DNA of 64,000 bases, from positions 728,233 to 792,232 of the forward strand of contig WELA01003305.1 of NCBI GenBank assembly GCA_009602735.1, in the 5' to 3' direction. This document shows, in pieces, positions 63,871 through 64,000 of the stretch. How positions within the stretch are numbered: the first letter of the stretch is position 1; each line of letters starts with the position of its first letter. The notes beneath the pieces were generated by a model, which saw nothing but the letters and a program-made list of their open reading frames with translations, made no database searches and was not told where the DNA came from. The stretch comes from Mesotaenium endlicherianum. Its lineage: Eukaryota. Made by a program: the position numbers and the translations under genes.

Positions 63871-64000
63871 GAAGACGGGCTGCGCTTGGCAAAATCCTTG
63901 TGCCATGCACCGAGGCACCTTAAAGCTGAAATAACCCCAACCCTAATATCTCCCCCCTAGCTGGGCTGTGCGTGGTGCGCGCGTTGTGGTCGGCAAAGGC

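Overview
Eukaryotic, intron-rich DNA that looks like a green plant or streptophyte alga (inferred from gene content; the species cannot be identified from sequence). Four host genes are present: SCAMP (+, 5'-truncated), RPS18 (+), a ycf45-like AAA+ ATPase (-) and Xaa-Pro dipeptidase/prolidase (+, 3'-truncated). Between ycf45 and prolidase lies a 34.3-kb nested transposon stack held inside one chromovirus-type Ty3/Gypsy element (16739-51074, TSD CAGCC). The stack contains a hAT element, three solo LTRs, a fold-back duplication of a second chromovirus that carries an extra spliced ORF, and two Gypsy-like elements with unrelated repeats but related gag proteins (18530-46246 and 36863-41005). These two are the main finding. 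Each has TG..CA ends and a 4-bp TSD but a split-direct-repeat layout (A1-internal-B1-A2-B2; complete in the first, partly deleted in the second) normally associated with tyrosine-recombinase retroelements. The first encodes a DDE integrase with a PHD finger, has a near-palindromic B/A junction, and has a self-complementary rather than tRNA primer site. All coordinates were read by eye; no searches or alignments were run.
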